A DNA stretch of 64,000 nt from Candidatus Omnitrophota bacterium. GTDB lineage: Bacteria > Omnitrophota > Gorgyraeia > Gygaellales > Profunditerraquicolaceae. This document shows, in pieces, positions 18,420-29,700 of the stretch. The notes below the pieces were generated by a model. That model did no database searches, was not told where the DNA came from, and worked only from the letters and a program-made list of their open reading frames with translations. Position numbers and translations under genes: made by a program. Each line of letters opens with the position of its first letter. Position 1 is the stretch's first letter. Where the stretch lies: NCBI GenBank assembly GCA_041653955.1, contig JBAZEH010000003.1, forward strand, positions 6,558 to 70,557. The letters are read 5' to 3'.

Positions 18420-20411
18420 GTGGAAAAATTCAGGTTGTTCTCGGATTATAAGCCTTGCGGAGACCAGCCCAAGGCGATAAAAGAATTAACTGATTCTATT
18501 AATTCGGGGAAGAGCTATCAGACCTTGCTTGGTGTGACCGGCTCAGGCAAGACTTTTACGCTGGCTAATGTCATAGAAAAGGTAAACCGCCCCACGCTGG
18601 TAATCTCTCATAATAAAACACTCGCCGCCCAGCTGTATTCGGAGTTTAGGGAGTTCTTCCCGCGTAATGCCGTAGAATATTTTGTAAGTTATTACGACTA
18701 TTACCAGCCTGAGGCATACGTGCCTTCGACTGATACCTATATAGAGAAAGACGCATCCATCAATGACAGGTTGGATCGCCTGCGGCTCTCCGCGACCACC
18801 TCGCTTATGTCCCGGCGCGATTGTCTTATCGTAGCATCCGTATCCTGCATATATAACCTCGGTTCTCCAGGAGAATACCGCGATATGCTTGTTCTTATTG
18901 AAAGGGGAGAAGTTTTATCGCGCGATGACTTGCTGCGCGGGCTCCTTAAGATACAATATGAAAGGAATGATTATGAATTTATCCGCGGCAAGATAAGGGT
19001 AAGGGGGGATGTGGTGGAGGTATTTCCTTCATACGAAGAGGCGGCCCTGCGCGTAGAGTTATCCGGAGATTTGGTTGAGAAGGTATCGCGAATAAACCCT
19101 GTTTCGGGTGAAGTTTTGGATCATCTGGATAGGATAGCTATATATCCAGCCAAGCATTTTATCTTTTCCGGGGAGAAGTTGGATGGGGCGCTTAATTCTA
19201 TAAACAGCGAATTAGAGGACAGGCTTAACTTTTTAAGGAGCAAAAATAAATTATTAGAGGCGCAGCGCCTTGAATCCCGCACTAAATATGATATGGAGAT
19301 GCTTAAGGAGATGGGCTATTGCCACGGGATAGAGAATTATTCACGCCACCTTTCGGGAAAGCCTCCGGGCTCAAGACCTTATTGTCTGATTGACTATTTT
19401 CCGAAAGACCTCCTGGTAGTGATAGATGAGTCCCACGTGACCTTACCTCAGATAAGAGGGATGTATGAAGGTGATCAAGCCAGGAAAAAAGTGCTGGTAG
19501 AGTACGGGTTCAGGTTGCCTTCATGCCTGGATAACCGCCCTTTAAGATTCGATGAATTCGGGGAGTTGGTAAAACAACAGGTATTTGTTTCTGCCACGCC
19601 GGATGAATATGAGATAAAGAAGAGTGGTGGGGTTGCTATTGAACAGATCATACGCCCTACCGGCTTGATCGATCCCGAAATAATAATTAAGCCTATCGAC
19701 GGGCAGATTGAGGATCTGATCAAAGAAGCCAGAAAGCGTTCTGCCCGCGATGAGCGTGTCCTGATTACGACCCTGACCAAAAGGCTTGCAGAAGATTTAA
19801 CTACCTATTTACAGGAGAAGGGTTTAAAGGTAAAATATTTACATTCAGAGGTTGAGACTATTGAACGCTCAAGGATCCTCAGGGAATTAAGGCGTAAGGA
19901 ATTTGATTGCCTGGTAGGGATAAACCTGTTAAGGGAGGGGCTAGATCTTCCCGAAGTTTCACTTGTAGCTATCCTGGACGCGGATAAGGAAGGTTTCTTA
20001 AGGTCGGCGACCTCGCTGATTCAGGTAGCCGGGCGCGCGGCGCGTAATATAAACGGGACCGTGATAATGTATGCCGATACGATCACGGGTTCGATGAAAA
20101 AGGCGATTGCCGAAAGCAGTAGAAGAAGAAAGAAACAGATTGAATTCAATAAGAAAAATAAGATCACCCCGCGTTCCATTGAAAAAAGCATAAAAGAGGG
20201 GATCGAAGACTTGCAGGAAGCGCAGGTATTCGTGGCAGAGCTGACCGGGCAGGATAAAGATGAGTATGAATTAAGCAGGTATATTTCGGAATTAGAATAC
20301 GATATGGAATTGGCAGCGCGGAACCTGCAGTTTGAAAAGGCAGCGGTCATCCGCGATAAAATCAAACAACTCAGGGACACCCTTCCAGCCAAAGCTAAGG
20401 GTGTCCCTTAA
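18420..20411 (+). CDS. uvrB: excinuclease ABC subunit B
   Basis: GVTGSGKTF Walker A, helicase motifs, C-terminal UVR domain; GTG start. Last codons plus stop are supplied by a GGGACACCC...GGGTGTCCC repeat. Confidence 0.95.
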   Translation: MEKFRLFSDYKPCGDQPKAIKELTDSINSGKSYQTLLGVTGSGKTFTLANVIEKVNRPTLVISHNKTLAAQLYSEFREFFPRNAVEYFVSYYDYYQPEAYVPSTDTYIEKDASINDRLDRLRLSATTSLMSRRDCLIVASVSCIYNLGSPGEYRDMLVLIERGEVLSRDDLLRGLLKIQYERNDYEFIRGKIRVRGDVVEVFPSYEEAALRVELSGDLVEKVSRINPVSGEVLDHLDRIAIYPAKHFIFSGEKLDGALNSINSELEDRLNFLRSKNKLLEAQRLESRTKYDMEMLKEMGYCHGIENYSRHLSGKPPGSRPYCLIDYFPKDLLVVIDESHVTLPQIRGMYEGDQARKKVLVEYGFRLPSCLDNRPLRFDEFGELVKQQVFVSATPDEYEIKKSGGVAIEQIIRPTGLIDPEIIIKPIDGQIEDLIKEARKRSARDERVLITTLTKRLAEDLTTYLQEKGLKVKYLHSEVETIERSRILRELRRKEFDCLVGINLLREGLDLPEVSLVAILDADKEGFLRSATSLIQVAGRAARNINGTVIMYADTITGSMKKAIAESSRRRKKQIEFNKKNKITPRSIEKSIKEGIEDLQEAQVFVAELTGQDKDEYELSRYISELEYDMELAARNLQFEKAAVIRDKIKQLRDTLPAKAKGVP

Positions 20412-20489
20412 GAGTATTTAAAGGTATTAGTGGGGACACCCTCCCGATTGGCAGAAAGGGTGTCCCTCGATTGGCAGAAAGGGTGTCCC
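20374..20489 (+). repeat. palindromic repeat cluster (copy B: two GGGACACCC-N16-GGGTGTCCC palindromes plus tandem duplication of tcgattggcagaaagggtgtccc)
   Basis: GGGACACCCttccagccaaagctaaGGGTGTCCC (20374-20407) overlapping the uvrB stop. GGGACACCCtcccgattggcagaaaGGGTGTCCCtcgattggcagaaaGGGTGTCCC (20433-20489) abutting the coaX ATG. Confidence 0.8.
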
Positions 20490-20490
20490 T

Positions 20491-21234
20491 ATGATGGTGG
20501 TTGATGTGGGGAATACGAATATAAGTTTGGGTGTGTTCAGGGGGAAACTCCTGATCAAGAGGCTTACTATTCCTACCGGAACAGGGGATTACAGGGGCCG
20601 CTTTAAGCGGATTATCGGCCGCAGTAAGGTTGATGATATAGTGATCTGCAGTGTGGTCCCTTCAGCCGAGAATGCCATAGTAAAACAGCTTATCTCTCTT
20701 ACCGGTAAACGCCCCTATATTATAGGTAAGCAGATAAAGGTCCCTATAAGAAACCTTTACCGTAAGCCGCGCCAGGTTGGACAGGATAGGCTGGTTAATG
20801 CTTATGCCGGGGTGAGATTACACGGGGCCCCACTGGTCATAGTTGATTTTGGTACTACCGTTACCTTTGATGTGGTTTCCGCCAGAAAAGAGTATTTGGG
20901 AGGTATGATCATCCCGGGTTTAGGGATCTCATTAGAATCGCTTAATCAGCGCACAGCGCTCTTGCCGAAAATCAAGTTAGAAGAACCGGCTGAGTTTATC
21001 GGGCGCGATACCAGGAATAGCATGTTAAGCGGAATAGTATATGGTTTTGCCGCGCTTACCGATAATATGGTTACAATGATAAGAAAGAAGATAGGCAGCA
21101 AGGCTAAGGTGGTCGCTACGGGGGGGAGTGCCCGTATGATCTTTAAATATTGCCGCAAGATAGATAAGATAGATGAGGACCTGACGATCAAGGGGCTGAA
21201 ACTTATCATGGATGATGCGGGCCATGATAATTAG
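20491..21234 (+). CDS. coaX: type III pantothenate kinase
   Basis: MMVVDVGNTNISLGVF... ASKHA fold N-terminus typical of CoaX. Confidence 0.85.
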   Translation: MMVVDVGNTNISLGVFRGKLLIKRLTIPTGTGDYRGRFKRIIGRSKVDDIVICSVVPSAENAIVKQLISLTGKRPYIIGKQIKVPIRNLYRKPRQVGQDRLVNAYAGVRLHGAPLVIVDFGTTVTFDVVSARKEYLGGMIIPGLGISLESLNQRTALLPKIKLEEPAEFIGRDTRNSMLSGIVYGFAALTDNMVTMIRKKIGSKAKVVATGGSARMIFKYCRKIDKIDEDLTIKGLKLIMDDAGHDN

Positions 21235-21266
21235 ATTCAGGGTAAACTGACATATAAAGATTTTTC

Positions 21267-21294
21267 TTGACAAAATTTTTTTTTATTTTATAAT
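21267..21294 (+). promoter_or_regulatory. sigma-70 type promoter for groES-groEL
   Basis: TTGACA (21267-21272) - 16 nt - TATAAT (21289-21294). Confidence 0.6.
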
Positions 21295-21320
21295 TAGCAC
21301 TCTGAAAAGAGGAGTGCTAA
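21294..21320 (+). promoter_or_regulatory. CIRCE operator (HrcA binding inverted repeat)
   Basis: TTAGCACTC-tgaaaagag-GAGTGCTAA is a perfect match to the CIRCE consensus TTAGCACTC-N9-GAGTGCTAA; overlaps the -10 of the groES promoter. Confidence 0.9.
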
Positions 21321-21443
21321 AATAACCTGTTTAATAAAACATCCTTCTATAGTTCTTAATATGGAAGGGTGCAAATTCGCACTTATAACTTACCCATGCT
21401 GTCGCATCCGTAAGTTATGTGCTCATTTAAGGAGGTGTAACAG

Positions 21444-21734
21444 ATGGATATTAAACCATTAGGAGACCGCGTAGTCATAAAACCCCTTGAGGCAGAAGCC
21501 AAAACAAAGGGCGGGATATTATTGCCCGATACTGCCAAAGAAAAACCGCAGGAGGGCAAGGTAGTCGCTATCGGCAAAGGGAAAACTTTAGATAACGGCA
21601 CGGTCCAGGCTCCGGAAGTCAAAGTCGGGGATAAGGTATTATACGGAAAGTATTCCGGCAATGAGATCACGACCAAGGAAGGCGAAGAGTTGTTGATCAT
21701 GCGCGAAGAGGATATCCTCGCGATCATAAAGTAA
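21444..21734 (+). CDS. groES: co-chaperonin GroES
   Basis: [44 protein letters not shown]; AGGAGG SD. Confidence 0.95.
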   Translation: MDIKPLGDRVVIKPLEAEAKTKGGILLPDTAKEKPQEGKVVAIGKGKTLDNGTVQAPEVKVGDKVLYGKYSGNEITTKEGEELLIMREEDILAIIK

Positions 21735-21794
21735 TAATATACCCGGCCCTGTCGGAAAGGCCGGTGTGCGTTTTTACGCAAGGAGGAGGAAAGT

Positions 21795-23444
21795 ATGGCA
21801 AAGGAACTGTTGTTTAAGGATGAAGGCCGCAGGAAGATATTAAGCGGTGTCGAGCAGTTAGCCGCTGCGGTAAAGGTGACCCTGGGGCCTAAGGGCCGTA
21901 ATGTGGTCATAGATAAGAAGTTCGGTTCACCCACCATAACCAAGGACGGCGTGACAGTCGCCAAAGAGGTTGACCTGTCTGACCCATTTGAGAATATGGG
22001 CGCCCAGATGGTTAAAGAGGTAGCGGAGAAGACGTCGGATATCGCCGGAGACGGCACCACTACCGCGACGGTCCTGGCTGAAGCAATATACCGCGAAGGC
22101 CTGAAGAACGTTACTGCCGGAGCAAACCCGATGGCTTTAAAGCGCGGGATCGAAAAGGCAGTAGAAAAAATAGTAGAGGAATTAAAGAAACTCTCTACGC
22201 CTATTAAAGATAAAAAAGAGGTCGCCCAGGTAGCCTCTATAGCTGCAAATTGCGATAACGCTATCGGAGACCTTATAGCCGAAGCTATGGATAAGGTAGG
22301 CAAGGATGGAGTTATTACAGTTGAGGAAGCAAAGTCAATGGCTACGACCCTGGAAGTAGTGGAGGGTATGCAATTTGACCAAGGTTATCTTTCTCCTTAT
22401 TTTGTGACCGACACCGAGAGGATGGAAGTAATATTAGAGGATCCTTACATACTTATCCACGAGAAGAAAATATCTTCTCTTAAGGACCTTTTACCTTTGT
22501 TAGAGAAGATCGCCCGCACCGGAAAACCGCTTCTGATATTAGCCGAAGAGGTTGAAGGAGAGGCGTTGGCTTCGTTGGTAGTAAATAAGATACGCGGCAC
22601 CTTGTCTGCTTGCGCGGTAAAGGCCCCCGGTTATGGGGACAGGCGCAAGGCGATGCTTGAGGATATCGCTGTCTTAACCGGAGGAAAGGCGATTACCGAG
22701 GAATTGGGCATAAAGCTTGAGAACGTTGATATCGAAGACCTTGGCCGCGCGAAGAGGGTGAAGGTAGACAAAGAGAATACTACCATAGTTGAAGGCGCCG
22801 GCAAGACACAGGGTATTAACGGCAGGATCGCCCAGATCAAGAAGCAGGTAGAAGAATCCGATTCGGATTACGATAAGGAAAAACTCCAGGAGCGTTTAGC
22901 AAAGCTCGCGGGAGGAGTCGCGGTTATCAATGTGGGCGCTGCTACAGAGACCGAGATGAAAGAGAAGAAGGCCCGCGTAGAAGACGCTTTGCACGCTACC
23001 CGCGCAGCTTCCCAGGAAGGCATAGTTCCCGGTGGCGGAGTAGCATTGTTACGCGCGCTTCCGGCGCTTGAAAAGATAGCCAAGCTTGAAGGCGACGAGA
23101 AGATCGGAGTGGATATAATAAGGCGCGCGTTAGAGGCCCCTATAAGGCAGCTTACGGCTAATGCCGGTTTAGAGGGTTCGGTAGTAGTGCAGCGCGTAAA
23201 ACAGGAGAAGACCAACATAGGATATGATGTGACCCAGGATGCCTATGTGGATATGATAGAATCAGGGGTTATCGACCCGACTAAGGTTACTCGCTCTGCC
23301 TTGCAGAACGCGGCTAGCGTTGCCGGGTTATTATTGATGACTGAAGCAATAATCACGGATAAACCCGAGAAGGAATCACCCATGCCTATGCCTCCGGGCG
23401 CAGGAATGGGAGGAATGGGCGGAATGGGCGGGGGGATGTATTAA
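21795..23444 (+). CDS. groEL: chaperonin GroEL
   Basis: Full-length Cpn60 with C-terminal GGM repeat tail. Confidence 0.97.
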   Translation: MAKELLFKDEGRRKILSGVEQLAAAVKVTLGPKGRNVVIDKKFGSPTITKDGVTVAKEVDLSDPFENMGAQMVKEVAEKTSDIAGDGTTTATVLAEAIYREGLKNVTAGANPMALKRGIEKAVEKIVEELKKLSTPIKDKKEVAQVASIAANCDNAIGDLIAEAMDKVGKDGVITVEEAKSMATTLEVVEGMQFDQGYLSPYFVTDTERMEVILEDPYILIHEKKISSLKDLLPLLEKIARTGKPLLILAEEVEGEALASLVVNKIRGTLSACAVKAPGYGDRRKAMLEDIAVLTGGKAITEELGIKLENVDIEDLGRAKRVKVDKENTTIVEGAGKTQGINGRIAQIKKQVEESDSDYDKEKLQERLAKLAGGVAVINVGAATETEMKEKKARVEDALHATRAASQEGIVPGGGVALLRALPALEKIAKLEGDEKIGVDIIRRALEAPIRQLTANAGLEGSVVVQRVKQEKTNIGYDVTQDAYVDMIESGVIDPTKVTRSALQNAASVAGLLLMTEAIITDKPEKESPMPMPPGAGMGGMGGMGGGMY

Positions 23445-23514
23445 TACCACCTCTGCCAGTAGGGATTGCCCCCGCAGGGGGCTGTCCTACGACAAGGTAA
23501 CTATTGAAGTCAAG

Positions 23515-23550
23515 AAAAGGGGCGAAGGTAAAACTTCGCCCCTTTTCTTT
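23515..23550. terminator. strong (potentially bidirectional) rho-independent terminator after groEL
   Basis: AAAAGGGGCGAAG-gtaaaa-CTTCGCCCCTTTT followed by CTTTT; the reverse complement is also followed by a U-rich tract. Confidence 0.8.
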
Positions 23551-23554
23551 TAGC

Positions 23555-23700
23555 GGACTGCCTTGGCTTGCTTACGCAGTACCGCTCGGATTTCCCCACC
23601 GAGAAAATCCTCGCTTGGAGTTTCTGCTCGTTCTCACAGACAGGTATTAACGGGTGGACCCTGGCCGCTCGCATAAACTACATGCTGCCTAAAGCAAGCC
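23555..23700. ncRNA. candidate structured small RNA (possibly 6S-like); strand and identity unresolved
   Basis: GGACTGCCTTGGCTTGCTT (23555-23573) pairs with AAGCAAGCCAAACCAGTCC (23682-23700), 17 of 19 bp around a 2x2 internal loop. They enclose ~108 nt with several local hairpins (CTCGG...CCGAG, GGGTggACCC). No convincing ORF; sits between the groEL terminator and the guaB promoter. Confidence 0.35.
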
Positions 23701-23883
23701 AAACCAGTCCGCTGAAATACTTAGTGCGCGTATTGGCGACACTTTCGCGGAGGGTTTGTGGGCGTGCATCAGAAATTGTTCGGTAAAAGTATGCAAGGAT
23801 TTACGACGAGCGAGTGCAGGAATTGACATTTGTCAGCGAACAATCTCAGCACGCGAGCAAAGCCCGCAGTGAAAACATTGCCA

Positions 23884-23912
23884 AAAATAATTATTGACAA
23901 GGAGCGCGGATT
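23884..23912 (+). promoter_or_regulatory. sigma-70 type promoter for guaB-guaA
   Basis: TTGACA (23884-23889) - 17 nt - TAAAAT (23907-23912), preceded by an A/T-rich tract. Confidence 0.55.
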
Positions 23913-24011
23913 GGGGTAAAATTTTACACAACCTTTCTTAAAACAACCCCACAAAGAGGTTAAATATTCTTAACACATTGAAAAACAATAACTTATACGA
24001 GGAGAATTAAC

Positions 24012-25172
24012 ATGGGAGAGTGGATAGGCATAGGCAGGCGTGCTCGCAGGTGTTATGGCTTTGATGAAGTGGCGCTCGTTCCTGGAGCGCAGACAGTCAA
24101 TCCTAACGAAGTAGATACTTCTTTTGAGATAGCCGGAAGAAAGTTCAAGGTCCCTATTATGGCCGCGGCAATGGATGGCGTCGTAGACGTTGAATTCGCT
24201 GTTGCGATGTCTAAAATAGGAGGCATAGCGGTCCTGAACCTGGATGGCGTCCAGACGCGCTATGAGAATCCCGATGATGTCCTTGATAAGATCGCCAAGG
24301 CAACTCCCGAAAAGGCGACTGAACTTACACAATCTATATATACCACCCCAATAAAAGAGAAGCTGGTCTCTAAGAGGGTCCGGGAGATCAAGCGCAAGAA
24401 GGGTACCGCGGTTGTAAGTTGTATCCCCGCCCACGCTGAAAGATTCGCTAAGCTCGCCATAGCGGCAGGCGCGGATATGTTCGTTGTGCAATCAACAGTG
24501 ACCACCACAAAGCATATTACAAGTGAATATAAGAGCCTGGACCTGTATAAATTCTGCAAATCTACCAGGATACCCGTGATCATAGGTAATTGCGTGACTT
24601 ATGAGACTACGCTGGCGCTTATGGAGACAGGGGTCGCGGCTTTATTGATAGGTATAGGCCCGGGAGCTGCCTGTACTACAAGAGGCGTCCTTGGCATAGG
24701 TGTCCCGCAGGTTACTACTACCGTGGACGCGGCGGCAGCGAGGGATTTTTATTTTAAGAGCAAGGGTAGGTATGTCCCCATAATTACTGATGGCGGTATG
24801 AACCGCGGAGGTGATATATGCAAGGCTTTCGCCGCAGGTGCTGATGCGGTTATGATCGGTTCCAGTTTTGCCCGCGCCAAAGAATCTCCCGGCAGGGGTT
24901 ATCATTGGGGTATGGCTACATCTCATGTAAACCTGCCTCGCGGTACGCGCATATACGTAGGCACTACCGGGACACTCAAAGAGATACTTTTCGGCCCGGC
25001 AAAGGTGGATGACGGTTCGCAGAACCTGATCGGTGCGCTTAAGACCTCAATGGGGTCCCTGGGCGCTATGAATTTAAAACAGATGCATGATGTAGAGATC
25101 ATTATTGCGCCCTCTATACAGACTGAAGGGAAGATATTCCAGGTAGGGCAGAGAGTAGGGATGGGAAAATGA
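24012..25172 (+). CDS. guaB: IMP dehydrogenase family protein lacking the CBS subdomain
   Basis: Catalytic loop GIGPGAACTTR (cf. IMPDH GIGPGSICTTR), TIM barrel; 386 aa leaves no room for the CBS pair. Translationally coupled to guaA. Alternative: GMP reductase. Confidence 0.7.
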   Translation: MGEWIGIGRRARRCYGFDEVALVPGAQTVNPNEVDTSFEIAGRKFKVPIMAAAMDGVVDVEFAVAMSKIGGIAVLNLDGVQTRYENPDDVLDKIAKATPEKATELTQSIYTTPIKEKLVSKRVREIKRKKGTAVVSCIPAHAERFAKLAIAAGADMFVVQSTVTTTKHITSEYKSLDLYKFCKSTRIPVIIGNCVTYETTLALMETGVAALLIGIGPGAACTTRGVLGIGVPQVTTTVDAAAARDFYFKSKGRYVPIITDGGMNRGGDICKAFAAGADAVMIGSSFARAKESPGRGYHWGMATSHVNLPRGTRIYVGTTGTLKEILFGPAKVDDGSQNLIGALKTSMGSLGAMNLKQMHDVEIIIAPSIQTEGKIFQVGQRVGMGK

Positions 25173-26725
25173 CGAAACAGACCATACTGATCCTTGATTT
25201 TGGTTCGCAGTACACCCAGTTGATCGCAAGGCGCGTCAGGGAGAATAAGGTTTTTTCCAAGATCATACCTTTTAATACCCCTGCAAAAGATATAGCCGCG
25301 CTTTCCCCAAAAGGAATAATAATTTCCGGAAGCCCGCTGTCAGTGGTAAACAAAGGCAAGGGCAAGAAGAACCTTTATCCGGATAAAAAGATATTCAAGC
25401 TGGGCGTGCCTATCCTGGGGATATGTTACGGCATGCAGATAATAGCCGAGATGACCGGAGGCAGGGTCAAGCACACAAAAGAGCGGGAATACGGAAAGAC
25501 GGAACTTTTTATAGATAATAACCGCGACCTGTTCAGTAGCCTGCCGGGAAACCTGACCTGCTGGATGAGCCACGGAGATCTCGTGACGAAAGTACCGTTA
25601 GGGTTTAAAGTTCTCGCCCATACTACTAATGCCCCGATCGCCGCAATGGGCAATAAAAGGACAAAGGTATACGCGGTGCAATTTCACCCGGAAGTTACCC
25701 ATACAGACAGGGGAAACCAGATACTGGGGAACTTCCTGTTTAAAGTGTGCGGTTGTCTTGGCCGCTGGAATATGCATTCCTTTATCCGCGATTCCGTAGA
25801 TAATATAAAGAAAACCATAGGCAAGAATGATAAAGTCGTGCTCGGTTTAAGCGGCGGCGTTGATTCATCCGTAGCCGCGCTATTGATACATAAGGCTATA
25901 GGCAGGAGATTGAGGTGCGTGTTTATAGATAACGGTTTACTGCGTAAGGATGAACCCCAGCAGATAAAGAAGATATTCCGCGAGGCGTTCCACCTGAACC
26001 TTGATTATGTGGAGAGGAGTAAGCGTTTCTTAAAGCGCCTTGAAGGGGTCACTGATCCGGAAGATAAGAGAAAGATCATTGGTGATGAATTTGTGAAAGT
26101 ATTTGAAGAGGAGGCCTCCAAGGTAAAGGGTGTGAAATACCTCGGGCAGGGGACACTTTATCCCGATGTCATTGAATCCATCTCTCCTACCGGCGCCCCC
26201 TCAAGCCGTATCAAGAGCCATCATAATGTCGGGGGGTTACCCCTGAAGATGAAACTCAAGCTTATCGAACCTTTAAGGGACCTGTTTAAGGACGAGGTCC
26301 GCCAGATAGGCCGCGAACTGGGTTTACCGGACACAGTGATCGCCCGTCAGCCGTTTCCCGGGCCAGGCCTCGCAGTCAGGATCATAGGTGATATTACTCC
26401 CGCCAGGCTCAATCTTTTAAGAGAGGTAGACCGGCGCGTGATAGAAGAGATAAGGAACGCTAATCTATATGAACAGATCTGGCAGTCATTTGCCGTGCTC
26501 CTGCCCATAAAGAGCGTGGGGGTCATGGGTGATGAGCGCACATACGAGAACGTGGCGGCGCTGCGCTGCGTTATCAGCTCGGATGGGATGACCGCGGACT
26601 GGGCAAAGATACCATATGAACTGCTGGAGAAGATCTCTAACCGCATCATTAATGAAGTTAAAGGAGTTAACCGCGTAGTATACGATATCTCATCCAAACC
26701 TCCCGCTACGATTGAGTGGGAATAG
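25169..26725 (+). CDS. guaA: GMP synthase (glutamine-hydrolysing)
   Basis: N-terminal GATase (GICYGMQ), SGGVDSSV PP-loop ATPase motif, C-terminal dimerisation domain ending IEWE. Confidence 0.95.
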   Translation: MTKQTILILDFGSQYTQLIARRVRENKVFSKIIPFNTPAKDIAALSPKGIIISGSPLSVVNKGKGKKNLYPDKKIFKLGVPILGICYGMQIIAEMTGGRVKHTKEREYGKTELFIDNNRDLFSSLPGNLTCWMSHGDLVTKVPLGFKVLAHTTNAPIAAMGNKRTKVYAVQFHPEVTHTDRGNQILGNFLFKVCGCLGRWNMHSFIRDSVDNIKKTIGKNDKVVLGLSGGVDSSVAALLIHKAIGRRLRCVFIDNGLLRKDEPQQIKKIFREAFHLNLDYVERSKRFLKRLEGVTDPEDKRKIIGDEFVKVFEEEASKVKGVKYLGQGTLYPDVIESISPTGAPSSRIKSHHNVGGLPLKMKLKLIEPLRDLFKDEVRQIGRELGLPDTVIARQPFPGPGLAVRIIGDITPARLNLLREVDRRVIEEIRNANLYEQIWQSFAVLLPIKSVGVMGDERTYENVAALRCVISSDGMTADWAKIPYELLEKISNRIINEVKGVNRVVYDISSKPPATIEWE

Positions 26726-26734
26726 TTTTTTATA

Positions 26735-29700
26735 ATGCCTCATTCTGATTTTGTCCACCTTCACCTGCATACACAGTATAGCCTTCTTGACGGTGCCTGC
26801 CGTATACCCCAACTATTAGAGCGCGCGAAACAATATAAGATGGATTCCCTTGCCATTACAGACCATGGCAGTATGTTCGGGGCCATGGATTTTTATATGG
26901 AGGCCCGCAAGGCGGGGATAAAGCCGATCATAGGATGCGAGGTTTATATCGCTCCCGCCAGCCGCCTGGATAAATCATGCGGAAGCATTGAGGAGGCTGC
27001 ATACCACCTGATACTCCTGGCGCGCGATGAAACCGGATATCAGAACCTTATAAAACTTGTTTCTATAGGGTACCTTGAGGGATTTTATTACCGGCCGCGC
27101 ATAGATAAAGAGGTGCTTTCTCAATACCAGAAGGGGCTCATAGCTATGACCGCCTGCCTTAAGGGGGAGGTGCCCTCGCTTTTACAGCAGAAGCGTTTTA
27201 ACGACGCGCTGAAGGCTGCCGATGACTATCTGAATATCGTGGGTAAAGATAATTTTTACCTGGAGGTCCAGGGAAACAGTATACCTGAACAAAAGATAGT
27301 CAATGAAGGCTTGATAAAGATATCCAAAGAACTGAATATACCCCTTGTCGCTACCAACGACGTGCATTATCTCTCCAAAGAGGACGCAGTAAGCCATGAA
27401 GTCCTCCTTTGCATCCAGACCCAGAGCACGATGAATGACCCCAACAGGATGCGTTTTCAGACTAACGAGTTCTATTTTAACTCTCCCGAAGAGATGAAGG
27501 AACTTTTCAGGGATATCCCCGGGGCCGTTACCAATACCCTTGAGATTGCCGGGCGCTGTAACCTTGAGCTGGATTTTTCCAAAGTGCACCTGCCCCGCTA
27601 TGACCCGCCTGTCGGCAAGACCAAGGAGGAGTATTTAAGGGAACTGAGTGAAATAGGGTTGAAAGAGAAATTTCCCGGAGCAGGAGCGGATATAAGGGAG
27701 CGCCTGGAGCATGAAATAGGGCTTATCAAGGACAGGGGGTTTATAAGTTACTTCCTTATCGTATGGGATTTTATCCATTATGCCAAAAAGAATAATATTC
27801 CCGTCGGGCCGGGGCGCGGTTCGGCCGCGGGGAGCCTGGTGAGCTATTTATTGGGGATAACAGATATCAATCCCCTTAAATACGGCCTCCTATTTGAGCG
27901 CTTCCTTAATCCCGAAAGGCAGGGGCTGCCGGATATAGATATTGATTTCTGCTACGAAAGAAGGAATGAGGTCATTGATTATGTGACCGCCAAATACGGC
28001 AAGGGGAATGTCGCCCAGATCATCACTTTCGGGACGATGCAGGCGCGCGCGGTAGTAAGGGATGTGGGCAGGGTTATGGGCCTGGCTTATGCCGAGGTAG
28101 ACCGGATCGCGAAGATGATACCGCCGGACCCCGGGATGAGCCTTAAGGACGCGCTGGAAAGCGAGGGTGAACTTAAGAATCTTTATAAGAGCGATCCCCA
28201 GATAACCAAGCTTATTAACGTCGCCCTATCGCTTGAAGGGCTTAACCGCCACGCTTCTACCCATGCAGCCGGTGTCGTTATCGCCGATAAGCCCCTGGAT
28301 AATTATATGCCTTTATTTGAGACCCAGGACGGCCAGATAACTACAGGCTATAGTATGAGCGTCCTTGAGAAGATAGGCCTGTTAAAAGTTGATTTCCTGG
28401 GGTTACGCACATTGACGGTGATTGATGAGACAAGGAAGATAATAGAAAAGACCAGGGGCCTTAAACTGGATATAGAGAATCTCTCCTTGGATGAGCCCAA
28501 TACATATAAACTTCTCGGTTCCGGGCAGACTGTCGGGGTATTCCAGGTAGAGAGTTCAGGGATGCGCGACCTTTTGAAAAAACTCCAGCCCGACCACTTT
28601 GAAGACCTGATAGCGCTCCTGGCTTTATACCGCCCGGGCCCTATCGGCTCGGGGATGCTTGATGATTTTATGCAGCGCAGGCATGGCCGGGTCCCGATAA
28701 AATACCATCATCCTAAACAGGAAAGGATCCTTAAAGAGACTTACGGGATCATTGTTTATCAGGAACAGATCATGCAGATCGTAGCCGAGCTGGCTGGTTT
28801 TAGCCTTGCCCAGGCGGACCTCCTGCGGCGCGCCATAGCAAAAAAGATACCCGAGGTCATGGAGCAGCAGAGGAAGAATTTTATCCTCGGATGCATCAAG
28901 AACCATATCAGTGAATCGGTAGCAAACCGCATATTTGACCTGATTGAATATTTTGCGGGTTACGGTTTTAATAAATGTGTCGTGGGTTCTACCGAGATTA
29001 TAGACGGCGATACCGGAAAGGTTATATCTGTCAGAGAATTGTTTGAGAGGAAAGGCGTTATAAATTCCACCTTAAGCTGCGACGATAACCTCAAGATCAC
29101 AAAGAAGAAGATAAAAGACGTGGTTAATAACGGCGTCAAGCCTGTTTATAAACTAAAGACGGCTTTAGGCAGGGAGATCACAGCTACTTCGAACCACCCG
29201 TTTTTTACTATAAGCGGATGGAAGAACCTGGGGGACCTGCGTATCGGAGAGAGGATCGGTTTGGCGAGAAGCTTACCTTGCGGGACATCTACCGTAGCGC
29301 CATATAAATTAATTGCTTTAGCGGGTATACTTTCCGAAGGCAATACTTGTCATCCGAGCGGGGCATACTATTATAATAACGACCGGATACAGGTAGATGA
29401 TTTTGTAAACAGCTTAAAGGGGTTTGAGAATACGGTTGCGCGTGTAAAGAAGCGCAGAGGCCGTTTTGAGGTGTATGCCGGCACAGGCAAAGATACAAGA
29501 TTTTTAAAAGGAGGGGCTCCCTGGAATAAAGGTTTTAACAAGGAAGACTATGGTGCCGCAGTGAAGTTAATAACCGGCAGAAAATGCGGGTTAAGGCTGT
29601 GGATAGAAGAGTTAGGCCTTGATTACAAGAAAGCGACGGAAAAATTCATTCCTCAAGAGATCATTTCTCTGGATAAGGAACAATTGTCTTTATTCGTGGG

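Noticed and set aside
21383-22303. 306-aa minus-strand ORF spanning groES-groEL
   Set aside because: Antisense shadow of two highly conserved genes; low-complexity Ser/Thr/Ala-rich translation, no start context.
23555-23700. SRP (4.5S) RNA identity for the structured element
   Set aside because: The reverse complement contains AGCAAGCCAAGGCAG, reminiscent of the SRP domain IV 3' strand. But there is no GGAA tetraloop and no matching 5' strand (CAGGUCAGGUCC). RNase P and tmRNA signatures (GGAAAGTCCGG, tRNA-like 3' end) are also absent.
23568-23786. 72-aa + strand ORF in the groEL-guaB spacer
   Set aside because: No SD, no recognisable domain, lies in a segment with strong RNA secondary structure; treated as non-coding.
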